NCBI GenBank assembly: GCA_019358915.1
Contig: JAHHIM010000047.1
Coordinates: 1 to 29,003 of the forward strand
Length of the DNA: 29,003 nt
DNA from: Trichormus sp. ATA11-4-KO1
GTDB taxonomy: Bacteria > Cyanobacteriota > Cyanobacteriia > Cyanobacteriales > Nostocaceae
Direction: 5' to 3'
Numbering within the stretch: the first letter of the stretch is position 1; every line of letters starts with the position of its first letter. A program made the position numbers and the translations under genes. Positions 27,071 to 29,003 of the stretch are shown one piece after another. The notes below the pieces were generated by a model, which saw only the letters and a program-made list of their open reading frames with translations, did no database searches and was not told the DNA's origin.

Positions 27071-27901
27071 TTAAGCAAGTTGAAACAGAAACGTTACTAA
27101 GTCTCCCTTACCTAAACTGATGCGATCGCCTGGTCTTAGGCGGTGTCGGTTCCCTGGTAGTAAGGGCAAATTATTAATGTAGGTGCCATTAGAACTGCCC
27201 ACATCTTCTATGTAGTGAGCATCACCCTCGATGCGAATATCTGCATGTATCCGTGAGACAATTTCCGAATTGGAAAATCCTGAAACATCTACATCCGGAG
27301 GAATTCGGTCATTGGGTTTGCCGATGTGAATCACAGACAAGGTTTGCGGCAATTCAATTTCGCGATCGCTTTGGACGTGAAATAACCGTGCTGTTACTTG
27401 CTGCAATTGCGTCCTAGAAGCAGCGACGGGGGTTTGTACAGGTTGTGGCGGCGCTGGTGTTGCTTCAGGTGGTGGAGTCGAAACTTCTGGCTCAGGAACC
27501 GGAGCTTGAGCCGCAACAGTCGGCGGCTGTGATGGAGGGCTACTTTCTGAGACAGCCGCTTCTGCTGGAGGTGCTGCCATTGCTGTTGGCGGTAAAGGTG
27601 AAGCAGCAGGCGGATTGATTCCCAAAGGATCTGGTTGTAACAGTTCTAAAAGCGGGTCAGGTTCTACTAACGGTGGCACTTCTACGGGGATGTCAGGAGC
27701 AACAGTTGCTACTGATGTGACAGCAGCAGGTGCAGTATTTGAGTGCAGGTTATAACCACATTGACCGCAGAAAGCAGCATCTGCTTGCACAGTTGCTCCA
27801 CAGTTAGGGCAATTACTAGTTGTGGGTAACGGCGTATAACAAGCTTCGCACTGGACAGCGCCGTCTGGATTGGGGTGATTGCAATTAGGACAGACGATCA
27901 T
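27071..27901 (-). CDS. fraH: FraH: double zinc ribbon, Pro-rich linker and FHA domain
   Basis: Starts MIVCPNCNH with four CxxC pairs; Pro-rich middle; FHA motifs VSRIHA and SSNGTYIN; lies downstream of pgl/devB. Confidence 0.88.
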   Translation of the reverse strand: MIVCPNCNHPNPDGAVQCEACYTPLPTTSNCPNCGATVQADAAFCGQCGYNLHSNTAPAAVTSVATVAPDIPVEVPPLVEPDPLLELLQPDPLGINPPAASPLPPTAMAAPPAEAAVSESSPPSQPPTVAAQAPVPEPEVSTPPPEATPAPPQPVQTPVAASRTQLQQVTARLFHVQSDREIELPQTLSVIHIGKPNDRIPPDVDVSGFSNSEIVSRIHADIRIEGDAHYIEDVGSSNGTYINNLPLLPGNRHRLRPGDRISLGKGDLVTFLFQLA

Positions 27902-28000
27902 CAATTTAAGCCTTTGTTCAAGATCATCGTAGAATAATATTGGCAAGCAGAGAGAACTATGTAAAGGCTGATGCTTTAACAATTACTCCTGATAGAAAAG

Positions 28001-28723
28001 TTAAGCGGGGAGTTCCGAACCTGCTGCTGCATCCATTAACCACCAAAGTTCACCTTGGGGTTGAATTAAGCGGGATGGATAAGTGAAGTCATCTGCTACA
28101 GGCGCAAAAACTTGAGCTAAAGCTGGCCGTTTATTAGCACCAGCAACCACAAAAATCACACTGCGAGCAGCATTGATAAGCGGATATGTGAAGGTTATGC
28201 GGGGGTTTCCGTCTTTGTTACCCACAGTAATCAGCCGATCATGCACCCTTAAAGCTGCGGTGTGGGGAAACAAAGACGCGGTATGTGCATCATCACCCAT
28301 TCCTAGCAATACTACATCCAAAGCGGGAAATTCGGCGGAGGTAGAATTAAAAAATTCTCGCAGATGCTGTTCATATTTTGCAGCTGACACTGCTGGATCT
28401 GCCTCTAAAGTCGGGACAGTGTGAATATTAGTTACGGGGAGGTCAACGCGATCTAACCATGCACGCCGCGCCATTAGTTCATTGCTATCGGGATGATCTG
28501 GTGGTACATAACGTTCATCTCCCCAGAACACATGAATTTTATCCCAAGGCAGATTTTGATTAGAGATCGCCTCATACAACGGCTTAGGTGTACTACCACC
28601 AGATAAGGCGATGGTAAATCGTCCCCTCTGCTCAATGGCGGGTTCGACTTTGGACAGAATCAAATCCAGTGATCGCGCAACTAGCGCAGACAGATCCGGG
28701 AGAATTTCAACCGTTTTCTTCAT
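28001..28723 (-). CDS. pgl: 6-phosphogluconolactonase
   Basis: ALSGGSTP, FWGDERYVP..HPDSN, LGMGDDAHTASLFP and RITFT motifs. Confidence 0.96.
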   Translation of the reverse strand: MKKTVEILPDLSALVARSLDLILSKVEPAIEQRGRFTIALSGGSTPKPLYEAISNQNLPWDKIHVFWGDERYVPPDHPDSNELMARRAWLDRVDLPVTNIHTVPTLEADPAVSAAKYEQHLREFFNSTSAEFPALDVVLLGMGDDAHTASLFPHTAALRVHDRLITVGNKDGNPRITFTYPLINAARSVIFVVAGANKRPALAQVFAPVADDFTYPSRLIQPQGELWWLMDAAAGSELPA

Positions 28724-28819
28724 GGTTTCATCATTACATTGCCGTCTTCCAGCAATACCATACCGAACTTATGACAATCTGCCTTTTTAACTTTTGAAAC
28801 TTTTAACATGATGCCTTAA

Positions 28820-28876
28820 TTGGGCATTGGGCATTGGGAATTAAATTTTCCCCTTGTCCCCTTGTCCCCCACTCCC
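28820..28876. repeat. Short tandem repeats (TTGGGCA)n and (CCCCTTGT)n
   Basis: Read directly upstream of pgl. Confidence 0.75.
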
Positions 28877-29003
28877 TACCTGACTTTTCCCGTTAAGTCT
28901 CAAAAAGCTTGCTCAGAAGGGATTGTAGAAAAAGCACAGCATACACGGTACACTAATTGAAATTCTGTGCTAAAGGTGACAAGCAATGTTGGATTGGTGG
29001 GAG

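Larger units (their letters stand above)
226..27369. repeat. HIP1 octamer GCGATCGC dispersed through the window
   Basis: More than 25 copies seen by eye, e.g. near 226, 1717, 2202, 7503, 10960, 17104, 21600 and 27362. Confidence 0.95.

Overview
Mostly core-genome DNA of a heterocyst-forming (Nostocales-type) cyanobacterium, judged from more than 25 HIP1 octamers (GCGATCGC), heptamer STRR-type repeats and the fraH/pgl pair. Housekeeping genes include a GT4 glycosyltransferase, a CSP41-like epimerase, rfbB, pgsA, an aspA-like lyase, ppa, panD, hemL, hisIE, an OmpR-family regulator, hppD, pgl and fraH. Features outside the ORF track: (1) a tandem Uma2 duplication carrying a dead pgsA 5' fragment and one strongly divergent segment; (2) a probable NsiR4 sRNA whose NtcA-like box is one base short; (3) a two-gene island (GNAT plus MTA/SAH nucleosidase) bounded by attC-like sequences and followed by an IS1634 transposase scrap; (4) four DnaA-box-like 9-mers in 11-bp phase before a structured leader and a DUF2811-like gene; (5) a frameshifted psbA 3' remnant with a downstream terminator. 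An MBL-fold protein and an orphan PstB have degenerate catalytic motifs. I found no CRISPR array, rRNA or tRNA, and no complete novel system can be established from sequence alone. Family assignments come from motif recognition, not database searches.
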